The notes beneath the pieces were generated by a model. The model was given only the letters and a program-made list of their open reading frames with translations, searched no databases and had not been told where the DNA came from. A program made the position numbers and the translations under genes. This document shows, piece by piece, positions 1 to 9,094 of a stretch of 64,000 bases of DNA. The stretch comes from Candidatus Poribacteria bacterium (GTDB lineage: Bacteria; Poribacteria; WGA-4E; PCPOR2b), in the NCBI GenBank assembly GCA_965116925.1, contig OZ220744.1, positions 2,048,001-2,112,000 of the forward strand, given 5' to 3'. Numbering within the stretch: the stretch's first letter is position 1; the number at the start of each line of letters is the position of its first letter.

Positions 1-591
1 GAAGATAAACAGAACAACATACGTCGCCATGACGTTTGCCATGATGCCGAAGATACCCGCCTGGCTGAAAAAACTGTATTCAAAAATCCGGCGTAACGGG
101 AATCCTTTGTGGGCGATGACAGACGGCATTGATTGACCAAATAGGGCGTACATAATCCCGACCGCCGCGATTATGGTCAGGGCCCAACCGACTGTCCGCC
201 GGCTATACTCAAGGCTCAAAATCACCGCCACCGCCCCAACGCATACATCGAGTTGGCTGTATGCTCCCGCCCGATCTGCAAGCGTTTTGTACTCGACAAT
301 CCAGTATCCAATCACGAAGATGGTTAAACAAACTAGTATCAAGTCGGTTACCGACGGACGAGATTCAGGTGAGCTACGCCTGAACTGATGGAACATACCG
401 GTCAAAACGAATGTGAGGAGCAAGTACAATCCGACGTGATACTGCTCACCCGATGTTCCGAAACCTGCACCGTAGATGTAAAAGCACACAAAGCCGACAG
501 CTATAATCTCAAAGATCCACTTCCATATACCTTTCAGATCCCGACCCGAGCGTTCAAATTTCTGCAACGGTTGCGTTTCTATGTTTGCCAT
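1..591 (-). CDS. TRAP transporter fused permease (DctQ-DctM 4TM/12TM type), N-terminal part; runs off the window start
   Basis: Not in ORF track. Manual translation from ATG at 591 (RBS GGAAGGAG): MANIETQPLQKFERSGRDLKGIWKWIFEIIAVGFVCFYIYGAGFG...LEYSRRTVGWAL...AHKGFPLRRI...GIFGIMANVMATYVVLFIF. Open to base 1, with motifs typical of fused TRAP permeases. Confidence 0.85.
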   Translation of the reverse strand, partial: MANIETQPLQKFERSGRDLKGIWKWIFEIIAVGFVCFYIYGAGFGTSGEQYHVGLYLLLTFVLTGMFHQFRRSSPESRPSVTDLILVCLTIFVIGYWIVEYKTLADRAGAYSQLDVCVGAVAVILSLEYSRRTVGWALTIIAAVGIMYALFGQSMPSVIAHKGFPLRRIFEYSFFSQAGIFGIMANVMATYVVLFIF

Positions 592-646
592 CTCCTTCCA
601 TGCCTCTCAAACCGACAAGTGCAAAAATTTGCATTACATAACGCTA

Positions 647-1552
647 TCACGATGTACGCCGCCGTAATTCAGCTTCAAGTCGGCGAATCCGCTCCTCCGC
701 CTCAACGCGGGCTCGGGCTTCTTCGGCGGCGTGGTTTTCTGCCTCAACACGGGCTTGGGCCTCTTCGGCGGCGTGATTTTCTGCCTCAACGCGGGCTCGG
801 ACTTCTTCGGCAGCGTGGTTTTCTGCCTCAACACGGGCTTGGGCCTCTTCGGCAGCACGAGCCGATACATCAACATAGTTTTGTATCAGATTACCCGTTT
901 CATCATAACAAACAAGATTTTCGTCCTCCAAGCTCAACCAGATGTTGACGGGTTCAATCCAGAGCCAGCCATCCGCATTGGGACTCAACTCCTCATAGCC
1001 ATCCGGTGTCAGACGGTATCCCACCAACGCTCGCTCCATTACCCCCTGTCGCTCAAATCGATCCACGATGATGTAATTCAGTACGCCGACCCGTGCATAG
1101 TGGTCAACCTTCGTAACAACATCAGTTGAGCGGGTTGAAGGCGAGACGATTTCGATAATCAGGCTTGGCTTGGTTTCCTCATCTTCCTCTGAAAAGGTAC
1201 TCCAATTGATATGCCGACGGAGGTTAAAAATCACCGAAATATCAGGTCCATGCGCTCTTAGATCGGGTAGTGCCCACGCTACACGTACATCGTGCAAGAC
1301 TACAGCGTTCGGCTCATCCACAATCCGGGCTGACAATACATTGTAGAGATAGTTACAAAATCGTTCATGTTCTTCGTCGTGCATTCGGTAATCTCCCACC
1401 TGTGGGTGAAGGATATCCTCAAGTGTTAGAGGCGTCCGTTCTAGGACCTCTGTTCCGTCTGCCAAAGTCCGCATTGCTTCACGCCACCCGTAGGGATAGG
1501 GGTCTTTCTTATCAAGAATTTCTCCGTTGGTTGGAATGGTTACTATTTTCAT
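647..1552 (-). CDS. Uma2 family (PD-(D/E)XK-like putative endonuclease) protein with repetitive coiled-coil tail
   Basis: Motifs HGPDISV, LIIEIVSPST, D..TKVDHYARVGVLNYIIVD; C-terminal (ARVEAENHAAEEAQ)-type repeats. Confidence 0.85.
   Translation of the reverse strand: MKIVTIPTNGEILDKKDPYPYGWREAMRTLADGTEVLERTPLTLEDILHPQVGDYRMHDEEHERFCNYLYNVLSARIVDEPNAVVLHDVRVAWALPDLRAHGPDISVIFNLRRHINWSTFSEEDEETKPSLIIEIVSPSTRSTDVVTKVDHYARVGVLNYIIVDRFERQGVMERALVGYRLTPDGYEELSPNADGWLWIEPVNIWLSLEDENLVCYDETGNLIQNYVDVSARAAEEAQARVEAENHAAEEVRARVEAENHAAEEAQARVEAENHAAEEARARVEAEERIRRLEAELRRRTS
699..856. repeat. 42-bp in-frame tandem repeat (~3.8 copies, alternating A/B units) in the Uma2 3' end
   Basis: GCCTCAAC recurs at 699, 741, 783 and 825; units 1/3 and 2/4 share diagnostic bases. 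Confidence 0.95.
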
Positions 1553-1593
1553 GGCGATCTCCTTCCCTTAGTGGGTAATAACTCACAAGTCCG

Positions 1594-3165
1594 TTAGCGA
1601 TAATAAATCGCAACTGTTACGTCCTTCAGTATTAACGGTTCACGCCTTATCGGTTGGGGGTTGACCTGTCGAATTTCTAGTTCGTTGATTCCTTTTGTCA
1701 GGGGTGGGCTGCCGATGTCGAATTCGATAGTGCCACCGGGGATTGACACCTTTTGGGTTCGAGATGGGTATCGGTTCCAGCCCTGTTCATACTCTGTGCG
1801 GGTCCTGTTGTCTGAGACAGCCACGCCGGTGTTCCAAGAAATCAATCCTCCGTTCAGTCGTATTTCAAACGTATCTGCAGCGGTTAGCCCCTCAAATCCT
1901 AGACCGAGTGTACATCGATTCAAAGCACTATCAGAAGTTGCCGATTCTAGGTCGTCAGCGATATCTAGCTGGAGGCTCACACCGCGGTCATAGAAGGTCT
2001 GATTAAACTGAACGGGAAGTTGTGCCGCAGGAATGGCGTTAAGGAAGGAATAGCCAAGTTGAGAGGTCGGTTGATGTCGATTGGAGTGATCTAACTCGTA
2101 GCACTTGTTTAACCGTTGTAGTGCTGCGGGATCAGCCAGTTGATTCAAGACATTTCGCTTCCAGTCGTTGGACATGCTATAGTAGTTAAAAAAGTAGATG
2201 CCATCTACGCCAGCCTCCCAGTACCGGAGCGCGAGTGCCTTCAGCGACTCTTCGTTCAGTAATGGTCTTAGCCCCTCAAAACAACCGTAGATTTTGCAAC
2301 CGGTTCCCTGGGCGGTTTCAACCCATTCCCGAATGGGCATCTCAAACGGGATGAATCCGCCACCTGCGATGAGCATGTCAACCATGCCCTCTTTTATCCA
2401 CACCTCGGTGTCGAGTCCGATTCTTTTAGAATCTGCCAGCGTCGGCGGCACACGCACAGCGAGATTGAGCGGCTTCCCCTTTTCTTGACTGACTTCGTCT
2501 AACTTGGTCCGAACACCGTGTACAAAGTCTGTCATTAGGTATCGGTACTGGTATGCCTCTGCGACGCGGAAGAAGGCGGGATGGCGCATAAAGTCCAGTT
2601 CAATGCCATCAATGTCGAAGCGTTCAATTAGCTCAAAGATAATCCGTGACATGTGGGTGCGCACTTCTGGAAATGCGTAGTTTAATCCAGTCCGTATGCC
2701 CCATTCGAGGCTTCCGTGCGGTATCGATTCTCCGGGGCGGCCGATGCACAGTTCCGGGTGATCACGGCGAAGGCGTCCGTAATTCGGAGCTGATTCCTCC
2801 ATGTCGTAATGCTCGTTCATTCTAACGGACGGGAAAAACGCCATACCCGCCTCATGGCACAGCTGCGAAATTACCGTCACCGGACCACCGTGTGCCCTAA
2901 TCATTTGGCGCAGATTTTCAGTCTTCCGCTGTTGCCCGGCGTCAAGGTCTTCATACCCGTCGCCGAATCGTTCTCCAACTTCGGTTTCGTAGTCGTAGAC
3001 TTCGTGCCCACCGATAGACCAGAGAAAAACATCAACCGGCGATCCAGCATAGGGGGCAATCATTTTGTCGCGCATATCGTCCGGGGTCAGTGGCGGCCCG
3101 TAGGTGCCCATTATCCAACCATCATCATTGCTGAGCACCCGCCAATACCTCTGGGAGGTTGTCAT
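1594..3165 (-). CDS. Glycoside hydrolase-like TIM-barrel protein (GHL10-like) with C-terminal beta domain
   Basis: N-terminal SNDDG, FFPSVRMNE, LNYAFPEVR, FDIDGIELDFMRH, GVDGIYFFNY motifs. Confidence 0.6.
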   Translation of the reverse strand: MTTSQRYWRVLSNDDGWIMGTYGPPLTPDDMRDKMIAPYAGSPVDVFLWSIGGHEVYDYETEVGERFGDGYEDLDAGQQRKTENLRQMIRAHGGPVTVISQLCHEAGMAFFPSVRMNEHYDMEESAPNYGRLRRDHPELCIGRPGESIPHGSLEWGIRTGLNYAFPEVRTHMSRIIFELIERFDIDGIELDFMRHPAFFRVAEAYQYRYLMTDFVHGVRTKLDEVSQEKGKPLNLAVRVPPTLADSKRIGLDTEVWIKEGMVDMLIAGGGFIPFEMPIREWVETAQGTGCKIYGCFEGLRPLLNEESLKALALRYWEAGVDGIYFFNYYSMSNDWKRNVLNQLADPAALQRLNKCYELDHSNRHQPTSQLGYSFLNAIPAAQLPVQFNQTFYDRGVSLQLDIADDLESATSDSALNRCTLGLGFEGLTAADTFEIRLNGGLISWNTGVAVSDNRTRTEYEQGWNRYPSRTQKVSIPGGTIEFDIGSPPLTKGINELEIRQVNPQPIRREPLILKDVTVAIYYR

Positions 3166-3452
3166 GTGAGGGTCTCCTTGAACGGCAATTCTTGTGCTTC
3201 TCTGTCCTTTAGAAATAAGATCGAGCGTTGGTCAATTATAACACGCGCTTAGTATTCCATCCATGAAAAAATGGGGATTCAACGAGAGGATGATGTATTT
3301 GCGAACCGCTTGGGGAAAGATTGAACATGGGGTGCTGATTGTGATATACTCATTGTTGTTGTGGAAGATCTGAAGTTATTCGGGAACCGTGAGTTAGATG
3401 AAGTTGGTTCGCACCTTCTTGTGAAACTACCGAGCCTACCAAACGGAAGATC

Positions 3453-3514
3453 GGTAGGTGTGGTTTGCAACCGCGCCGGCTTTGAAGTGTCTAAATAATT
3501 CTAAGATCTACTAT
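3453..3514 (-). repeat. Partial copy (inverted) of the MITE-like element at 5899-6006
   Basis: Reverse complement ATAGTAGATCTTAGAATTATTTAGACACTTCAAAGCCGGCGCGGTTGCAAACCACACCTAC aligns with 5900-5959. Confidence 0.8.
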
Positions 3515-3562
3515 TAGTATGTTACGCACTATATTTTTCGTTGATGGGAGAGTGAATAGATA

Positions 3563-5818
3563 ATGATGAAACCGTTTATGGAAACCTTGCCTCCTGAAGT
3601 AGATGTTAAACTGCAACGGATAAAACCGCCGGAGGAACAGGTCCTTTTCCAAGTCACTACAGATCTCATCAACGAGCAATCATTTGGAGAAAAATGGCTG
3701 ATTGCCACGGATCAACACTTGTTGTTTATACCAACTGAGAGTGTAGATGGCACTGTGGAAGTTCCGCTTTCAGCGGTGCAGGAAGCTAGAACAGAAGAAC
3801 TCGTTGGGGGAGGATGTCTCGCGGTAGAACGGAAGGAAGGGGAGCCGGTCTATCTACACTATTCTAGTTCATTGGCACCCAAGTTTGCTGAGATCGCCGC
3901 AGGTATTCAGCAGCTCTCCAAAGGGGAAACGCTCGAATTGCCTACAGAGATGGAGCGCACACGGTGTGAAAAGTGTGGACGTCTGCTCGCCGAGAAGGAT
4001 GGCAGATGTATTAGCTGTGCGAAGAAGCGGGACACATTCCGGCGGATTGTCAGCTACGTTAGACCTTATCGCTTTCAACTTGTACTCGTTTTTGTAATCA
4101 CGACAGTCGCTGCACTGATCGAGTTACTACCACCCCTTATCACACAGCGCATTATTGACGATGTTCTTACGCCGAAATCAAATTTTGGGCTTTTGGTCTG
4201 GCTTGCATTGGCACTTTTGGGGATTCGTCTATTGCTATGGCTATCCCAAGTGGGCCGTACAGCGATAAGTAGTTGGCTAGGGTTTCGAGCAGCGGAAGAC
4301 ATTCGCACTGAACTCTATCGTGTATTACAGTTCACACCTCTGAGATTTTACGATAAGCGAAAAGTCGGGAACCTCATCTCTCGAATGACTAACGATGCAG
4401 AACTTCTGGAGGAATACCTAATCTACGACCTGCCTTTCATCCTATCAAATGTGCTGCTGCTACTTGGCATCTTGACGTTGCTGTTATATAAAAGCTGGAT
4501 TCTCACTATATATGTGCTGCTGCCTGTGCCGCTGATTGTCTTGGGTGGAGCACTAATCTGGAATCGTATGGAGCGTTACTGGCGTCGTTGGTCTGTTAAA
4601 TGGGGACGGTTTTCAGCCCATTTGAACGAGTCAATCACCGGCATCCGATTGGTCAAAGCTTTTGCTCAAGAGAAACGAGAAGGGGCTCGTTTTAATCGCC
4701 GGAATGACGAACTGCGGCAGGTGAGCGTAAGTGCAGACCGGGCGTGGTTTGTGTTTTTCACGGTGATGAACTTTCTAATGAGTTTCGGCGTGTTCTTTAT
4801 CTGGTACTTTGGCGGACGACAGATCCTCGTCGGAGAATTGACACTCGGTGAATTGACAGCGTTTATCAGTTACCTCTGGATGCTCTACCGCCCCCTCAGG
4901 TGGCTTGGTGACTTCTACAACTTTATGATCCGTGCCTATGCGGGTGCAGAGCGAATCTTTGAGGTGATGGACACTCCTGTTGAGCCGTTCAACGCTCCGG
5001 AGGCGAAGGCTATGCCCCAACTCGAAGGACGGATAGCCTTCAAAGATGTTACATTTGGTTACGATCCGGGCAAGCCAGTGCTTAGGGGGATTAACCTTGA
5101 GATAACACCCGGTGAAATGGTTGGCTTGGTGGGTAAATCGGGGGTCGGCAAAAGCACTTTCATCAACCTAATCTGTCGATTTTACGATGTCGATCGGGGG
5201 TGTTTAGATGTTGACGGTGAAGATAGTCGGGACATCCGACTTGAAGATTTGCGTGGGCAGATCGGGATGGTCCATCAGGAACCGACGCTGTTTAATGTTA
5301 CGATTGCTGAAAATATCCGCTACGGCAAACCGGACGCAACATTTGCTGAGGTGATTCGTGCGGCAATAGCAGCAGAAGCGCATGATTTCATCGTTGCCAA
5401 GCCAGACGGTTATGACACAAAGGTTGGCGAACGTGGTGGGAAACTCTCCGGTGGGGAAAAGCAGCGTATCGCCATTGCACGCGCCATTCTGCATGATCCC
5501 AAAATTCTCATCCTTGATGAAGCGACCTCCTCGCTTGACACACCGACTGAGAAAAAGATTCAGATAGCGATTGCGCGACTGGTCAAAGGACGCACCACCT
5601 TTGCGATTGCCCACCGGCTCTCAACTCTACGGAACGCAGACCGGCTGGTTGTCTTGGATGATGGCAAAATTGCTGAGGTTGGTACACATGCGGAGTTGAT
5701 GGCACGGAAAGGTATTTTCTACCACCTCGTTCATACGCAGCAGACAACGACAGCAATTATGGCAGTTGGTGGTGGGAAGCACGATTCAGAAGATAACTCG
5801 GAAGACGATGATGAATAG
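3563..5818 (+). CDS. ABC exporter (fused TMD+NBD) with N-terminal extension containing a CxxC...CxxC motif
   Basis: Walker A GKSGVGKS, LSGGEKQR, ILDEATSSLD, IAHRLST; six TM segments; CEKC...CISC. Confidence 0.92.
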   Translation: MMKPFMETLPPEVDVKLQRIKPPEEQVLFQVTTDLINEQSFGEKWLIATDQHLLFIPTESVDGTVEVPLSAVQEARTEELVGGGCLAVERKEGEPVYLHYSSSLAPKFAEIAAGIQQLSKGETLELPTEMERTRCEKCGRLLAEKDGRCISCAKKRDTFRRIVSYVRPYRFQLVLVFVITTVAALIELLPPLITQRIIDDVLTPKSNFGLLVWLALALLGIRLLLWLSQVGRTAISSWLGFRAAEDIRTELYRVLQFTPLRFYDKRKVGNLISRMTNDAELLEEYLIYDLPFILSNVLLLLGILTLLLYKSWILTIYVLLPVPLIVLGGALIWNRMERYWRRWSVKWGRFSAHLNESITGIRLVKAFAQEKREGARFNRRNDELRQVSVSADRAWFVFFTVMNFLMSFGVFFIWYFGGRQILVGELTLGELTAFISYLWMLYRPLRWLGDFYNFMIRAYAGAERIFEVMDTPVEPFNAPEAKAMPQLEGRIAFKDVTFGYDPGKPVLRGINLEITPGEMVGLVGKSGVGKSTFINLICRFYDVDRGCLDVDGEDSRDIRLEDLRGQIGMVHQEPTLFNVTIAENIRYGKPDATFAEVIRAAIAAEAHDFIVAKPDGYDTKVGERGGKLSGGEKQRIAIARAILHDPKILILDEATSSLDTPTEKKIQIAIARLVKGRTTFAIAHRLSTLRNADRLVVLDDGKIAEVGTHAELMARKGIFYHLVHTQQTTTAIMAVGGGKHDSEDNSEDDDE

Positions 5819-5838
5819 CGTCATCGTGTGAAAGCCAT

Positions 5839-5868
5839 TTGACTTTTCTATAGAGCACTCAGTATAAT
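5839..5868 (+). promoter_or_regulatory. Putative sigma70 promoter upstream of the DUF1854-like gene
   Basis: TTGACT-18 bp-TATAAT. Confidence 0.55.
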
Positions 5869-5898
5869 GTGAATTCTTACTTCCCTACCGGAGCACAC

Positions 5899-6006
5899 TA
5901 TAGTAGATTTTAGAATTAATGAGACACTCCAAATCGGCGCAGTTGCAAACAGCACCTACCAAACATGGGGAACGAGAGTGTTCATTTATTTGTTGAATTC
6001 ACTATA
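5899..6006. mobile_element. 108-bp MITE-like element with TATAGT...ACTATA ends and an internal REP-like palindrome
   Basis: Left end TATAGTAGATTTTAGAATTAATGAGACAC versus reverse complement of right end TATAGTGAATTCAACAAATAAATGAACAC; second partial copy at 3453-3514. Confidence 0.7.
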
Positions 6007-6080
6007 AAATGGATAACATCACCTATCGCACAATTTTTGACGGCTCACTGAGTGATAGATATATTTGGATAACAACTTAG

Positions 6081-6674
6081 GTGACTACACTGGAGAATGT
6101 AATGGCATCTGAAGCGGAAAAAATTGAAACACCCACGGAGAGTGGAAAAGCAAAAACGGAGAGGACAATCACTCCCATTCAGGTAACCCATCCGGAACAT
6201 GTTGAGCCTGAAACGATTCGCCTATTCCGGGAACCGCCGTGGGTATTGCGGTTGACTATTGAGGGCGATCGTTCCTACCTCAAGGTTCGAGTGGTGTGCG
6301 CGGCCCCATTATCTCAACCCGATCGATACATCTGCTTTCTTGACGAAAAGAATGAGGTAATCTGTACAGTCGAAGATCCGATTGATTTAGACGAGGCATC
6401 TCAGCGGCTGATCAAAGAAGAGCTTGAGCAACGGTATATGACCGCCATTATCAAGCGGGTGGATTCGCTCAAGAGTGAGTTTGGTGTGTCCTATTGGGAG
6501 GTCCAGACTGACCGAGGGGACAGAGAGTTTGTCGTGCGAAATGTATCTGAGAACGCACAGTGGATTACAGACCGCCGGCTGCTGTTGCTTGATGTGGATG
6601 GCAACCGTTTTGAGATCTCCAACTTAGAGGTTCTCGATAAAAAAAGCCGCGGACTAATCGAAATGGTGCTCTAG
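6081..6674 (+). CDS. DUF1854 domain protein
   Basis: APLSQPDRYICFLD, LEQRY, WEVQTDRG, LLLDVDGNRFEI...LDKKSR; follows an ABC exporter. Confidence 0.8.
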   Translation: MTTLENVMASEAEKIETPTESGKAKTERTITPIQVTHPEHVEPETIRLFREPPWVLRLTIEGDRSYLKVRVVCAAPLSQPDRYICFLDEKNEVICTVEDPIDLDEASQRLIKEELEQRYMTAIIKRVDSLKSEFGVSYWEVQTDRGDREFVVRNVSENAQWITDRRLLLLDVDGNRFEISNLEVLDKKSRGLIEMVL

Positions 6675-6861
6675 TGATGAAAGTTCCGGAGAATCTTCAA
6701 CGAGTCCTATCCTTCGTATATTAACGCAAGTGGCTAGTACCATGGAGGGACCGAGTTTTTCACTCTCAGATTGTCTGATTTGGGCAAAATCAGTTGCATC
6801 TTTTCGCTAACCTATATTTTCTTTTTTCTAAGGGAATAACTGCATAGGAGAATTGCTTTTC

Positions 6862-7653
6862 ATGTATTTACCTGAAAACGATAAACTGTGTATGAAGACG
6901 GCACCTAGCCCCCCGGAAAACATGATACTGATACCTACTGGCAGGTTTGAGATGGGAAGCAACGATACTGAGCCTTTTTACGAGCAGCTTGTGCATACGG
7001 TGCATGTGGATGCGTTCTATATGGACACATATCCCGTGACAAATGTTGAATATCAGCAGTTCCTGATTGAAAATCCCGGTTGGCAGAAAGATCAGATTGA
7101 GGATGAGTTTCACGATGGTGACTACCTGTTGAATTGGGATGGTAATAACTATCCAGTGGGGAAGGCTAGCCATCCCGTTACTTGGGTGAGTTGGTATAGT
7201 GCGATGGCCTATGCTATGTGGGCGGGAAAGCGTTTGCCGACGGAAGCAGAATGGGAATACGCTGCACGCGGCGGGCTATCCGGCAAAAAGTACCCGTGGG
7301 GCGATTTGCTATCTAATGCGAAAGCGAACTACGACAGAAATGTTGGAGATACGACGGTGGTTGGTAAGTATCCCGCGAACGAATATGGTCTGTATGATAT
7401 GTCCGGGAATGTTTGGGAGTGGTGTCTTGATCTTTATGATGATGACTTTTACTTCACATCGCCTCGCAAGAATCCACGTTCAGGCACGAATGAACCAGAG
7501 TGGATCATAAACAACTTCATCGATATTACAGCTGAGCGTGTGTTGCGCGGCGGTGGTTGGAGTGCTTCACCACAAGGTCTCTGCGTCGCCCATCGCCTCA
7601 GGATTTTACCCATGAACACAACCTATGACTACGGTTTCCGTTGTGTGCATTGA
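6862..7653 (+). CDS. FGE-sulfatase (SUMF1/EgtB-like, C-type lectin fold) domain protein; stop codon supplied by the IS end
   Basis: FEMGS, PVTWVSW, RLPTEAEWEYAARGG, YGLYDMSGNVWEW, RVLRGGGW, GFRC; lacks the catalytic Cys pair of true FGE. Confidence 0.9.
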   Translation: MYLPENDKLCMKTAPSPPENMILIPTGRFEMGSNDTEPFYEQLVHTVHVDAFYMDTYPVTNVEYQQFLIENPGWQKDQIEDEFHDGDYLLNWDGNNYPVGKASHPVTWVSWYSAMAYAMWAGKRLPTEAEWEYAARGGLSGKKYPWGDLLSNAKANYDRNVGDTTVVGKYPANEYGLYDMSGNVWEWCLDLYDDDFYFTSPRKNPRSGTNEPEWIINNFIDITAERVLRGGGWSASPQGLCVAHRLRILPMNTTYDYGFRCVH

Positions 7654-7830
7654 CATACTCCCACACCCTAAAGGGTGGGGATTCTCGCCCGTTCCCAATA
7701 GGCTGTCGAATTGCTCTATCAACGAAGTTAGCCCGATGAACTGGGACTTACGACCTCTTCTGAGAGGGTAGATGCCCCTACCCTATGGATATTGATCGCC
7801 GCATTGCGGTCTCTATCCAACTGTGTGTGG
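7630..7830 (-). ncRNA. Putative TnpB omegaRNA/reRNA overlapping the tnpB 3' end and right end; guide about 7649-7630
   Basis: Established TnpB architecture; scaffold ends at TCAA with an upstream TTGA available for the pseudoknot. 5' boundary is approximate. Confidence 0.65.
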
Positions 7831-8882
7831 CAATTTGGACATTGCCATGTTCTATCACGAAGGTTCAACGCTTGATTAACGGCACCACAGGCGTGACAGG
7901 TGCGGCTTGATGGATACCACTTATCTATAAATCGGACTTCACGATTCTGTTTCTTAGAGTTAATATACTTCAGTTTCTGCACGAAATCATAGAATCCCAA
8001 ATCAGAGACCTTACGACCCCAAAGGCGTTTCATGCCCTTGATGTTGAGCGTCTCCAGTGAAATCCAATCATACTGGTCTGTCAGCTCATGCGCTAGCTTC
8101 CAGTGGAAATCTTGTCGCTGGTTGGCTATCCTACGGTGCTTGCGTGCAAGGTTGCGTCTGGCACGCTCACGGTTGTTTGAACCTTTAACCTTGCGTGAGT
8201 GGTTGCGGTTGGCGCGTTTGATAGCGTTGAGACTCCGTTTGAAAAATTGTGGAGCGTCATAGTCATTATAGTCAGAGCCGGTGAGATACCGCTTGAGTCC
8301 AAAATCGAACCCCGCGCTGTTACCCGTCGTCGGTCGATTCAAGGACATCTCTACATAATCTGTCAGAATGATTATCCACACGTCTCCAACGCTGTCCCGC
8401 TTCACCGTACACCGTTTGGGAGTGCCAAGTATGTCTTGGCTCTTAAAATACCGGTATATCCGCTTACCAATACGAATATAGTTACTCTGTAGCAGGTGCC
8501 AACCCGCTTGTTTGAGGGTGTAGGACTTGTAGCTGAACCGTTTCTTAAAGCGCGGAAGCCCCGAACGCTTACCACTTTTGCGGTCAGCGAACATTTGGGT
8601 GTACGCTTTATCCAGTCGGTCTATTACGTCTTGCAACGATTGACTCGGTAGCAAGCACCAATGAGCAAATCGGGAGAGCCTTTTCAATTTTGTCAGGTGC
8701 CGCATCAGCACTTTTTTGCCCGGATAATTGCCGTACATACCGTAGTACCGACGGCACAATGCCACAAAGTGATTCCACACCTGAGCATGGCTATCAATCG
8801 TTTTGTGCAATTCACGATTACCGTGATTGCTATACATTTTGAACTTGTAGGTTTTCACTGGAATCGTCTTTCTATCTTTCAT
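7728..8882 (-). CDS. tnpB: RNA-guided endonuclease TnpB
   Basis: KTYKFKMY, RuvC-I GFDFG, RuvC-II SLETL, zinc finger CHAC/CPNC, RuvC-III DRDRNAAINI; ATG at 8882 chosen because it lies downstream of the promoter. Confidence 0.95.
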   Translation of the reverse strand: MKDRKTIPVKTYKFKMYSNHGNRELHKTIDSHAQVWNHFVALCRRYYGMYGNYPGKKVLMRHLTKLKRLSRFAHWCLLPSQSLQDVIDRLDKAYTQMFADRKSGKRSGLPRFKKRFSYKSYTLKQAGWHLLQSNYIRIGKRIYRYFKSQDILGTPKRCTVKRDSVGDVWIIILTDYVEMSLNRPTTGNSAGFDFGLKRYLTGSDYNDYDAPQFFKRSLNAIKRANRNHSRKVKGSNNRERARRNLARKHRRIANQRQDFHWKLAHELTDQYDWISLETLNIKGMKRLWGRKVSDLGFYDFVQKLKYINSKKQNREVRFIDKWYPSSRTCHACGAVNQALNLRDRTWQCPNCHTQLDRDRNAAINIHRVGASTLSEEVVSPSSSG

Positions 8883-8952
8883 TGCCGGTTCAACAAGTGC
8901 GGGAGACACCACCGGGCGGTGGCGTGAACCTCTCCCACTGAAAGACAAATCA

Positions 8953-8981
8953 ACTATACCATATGCTATCTGCAAAATCAA
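8953..8981 (-). promoter_or_regulatory. Putative tnpB promoter
   Basis: Minus strand TTGATT-17 bp-TATAGT with extended TG. Confidence 0.5.
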
Positions 8982-9094
8982 CATCTTTTCACTTACTAAC
9001 GGGCTTTGGTGGGCTACATAGGCTTCGCCCCAATTGCTCCCAACCTAAAGGATGGGGCATTGCCCGCAACATTAGGTAACGTCTTAGGGCTTTA

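Larger units (their letters stand above)
7650..9075 (-). mobile_element. IS200/IS605-family (IS1341-like, tnpB-only) insertion sequence
   Basis: Right end (minus strand) GAATCCCCACCCTTTAGGGTGTGGGAGTATGTCAA ending at 7650; left-end hairpin GCCCCATCCTTTAGGTTGGGAGC at about 9036-9058, preceded on the minus strand by TTAC (9076-9079); tnpB inside, no tnpA. Confidence 0.85.

Noticed and set aside
699..856. Possible CRISPR array
   Set aside because: Repeats are contiguous, in-frame and coding with no unique spacers; no cas genes in the window
388..948. 186-aa and 80-aa repeat-containing ORFs
   Set aside because: Shadow frames of the Uma2 repeat and the TRAP gene
3263..3430. Possible nucleotidyltransferase remnant (ADCDILIVV)
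   Set aside because: Only one short motif with a stop upstream; insufficient support
7540..7653. DGR variable region in the FGE/CLec C-terminus
   Set aside because: No template repeat or reverse transcriptase seen in the window; cannot exclude one elsewhere
8883..8984. 34-aa N-terminal extension of TnpB in the ORF track
   Set aside because: Overlaps the predicted promoter; TnpB-like sequence starts after ATG 8882
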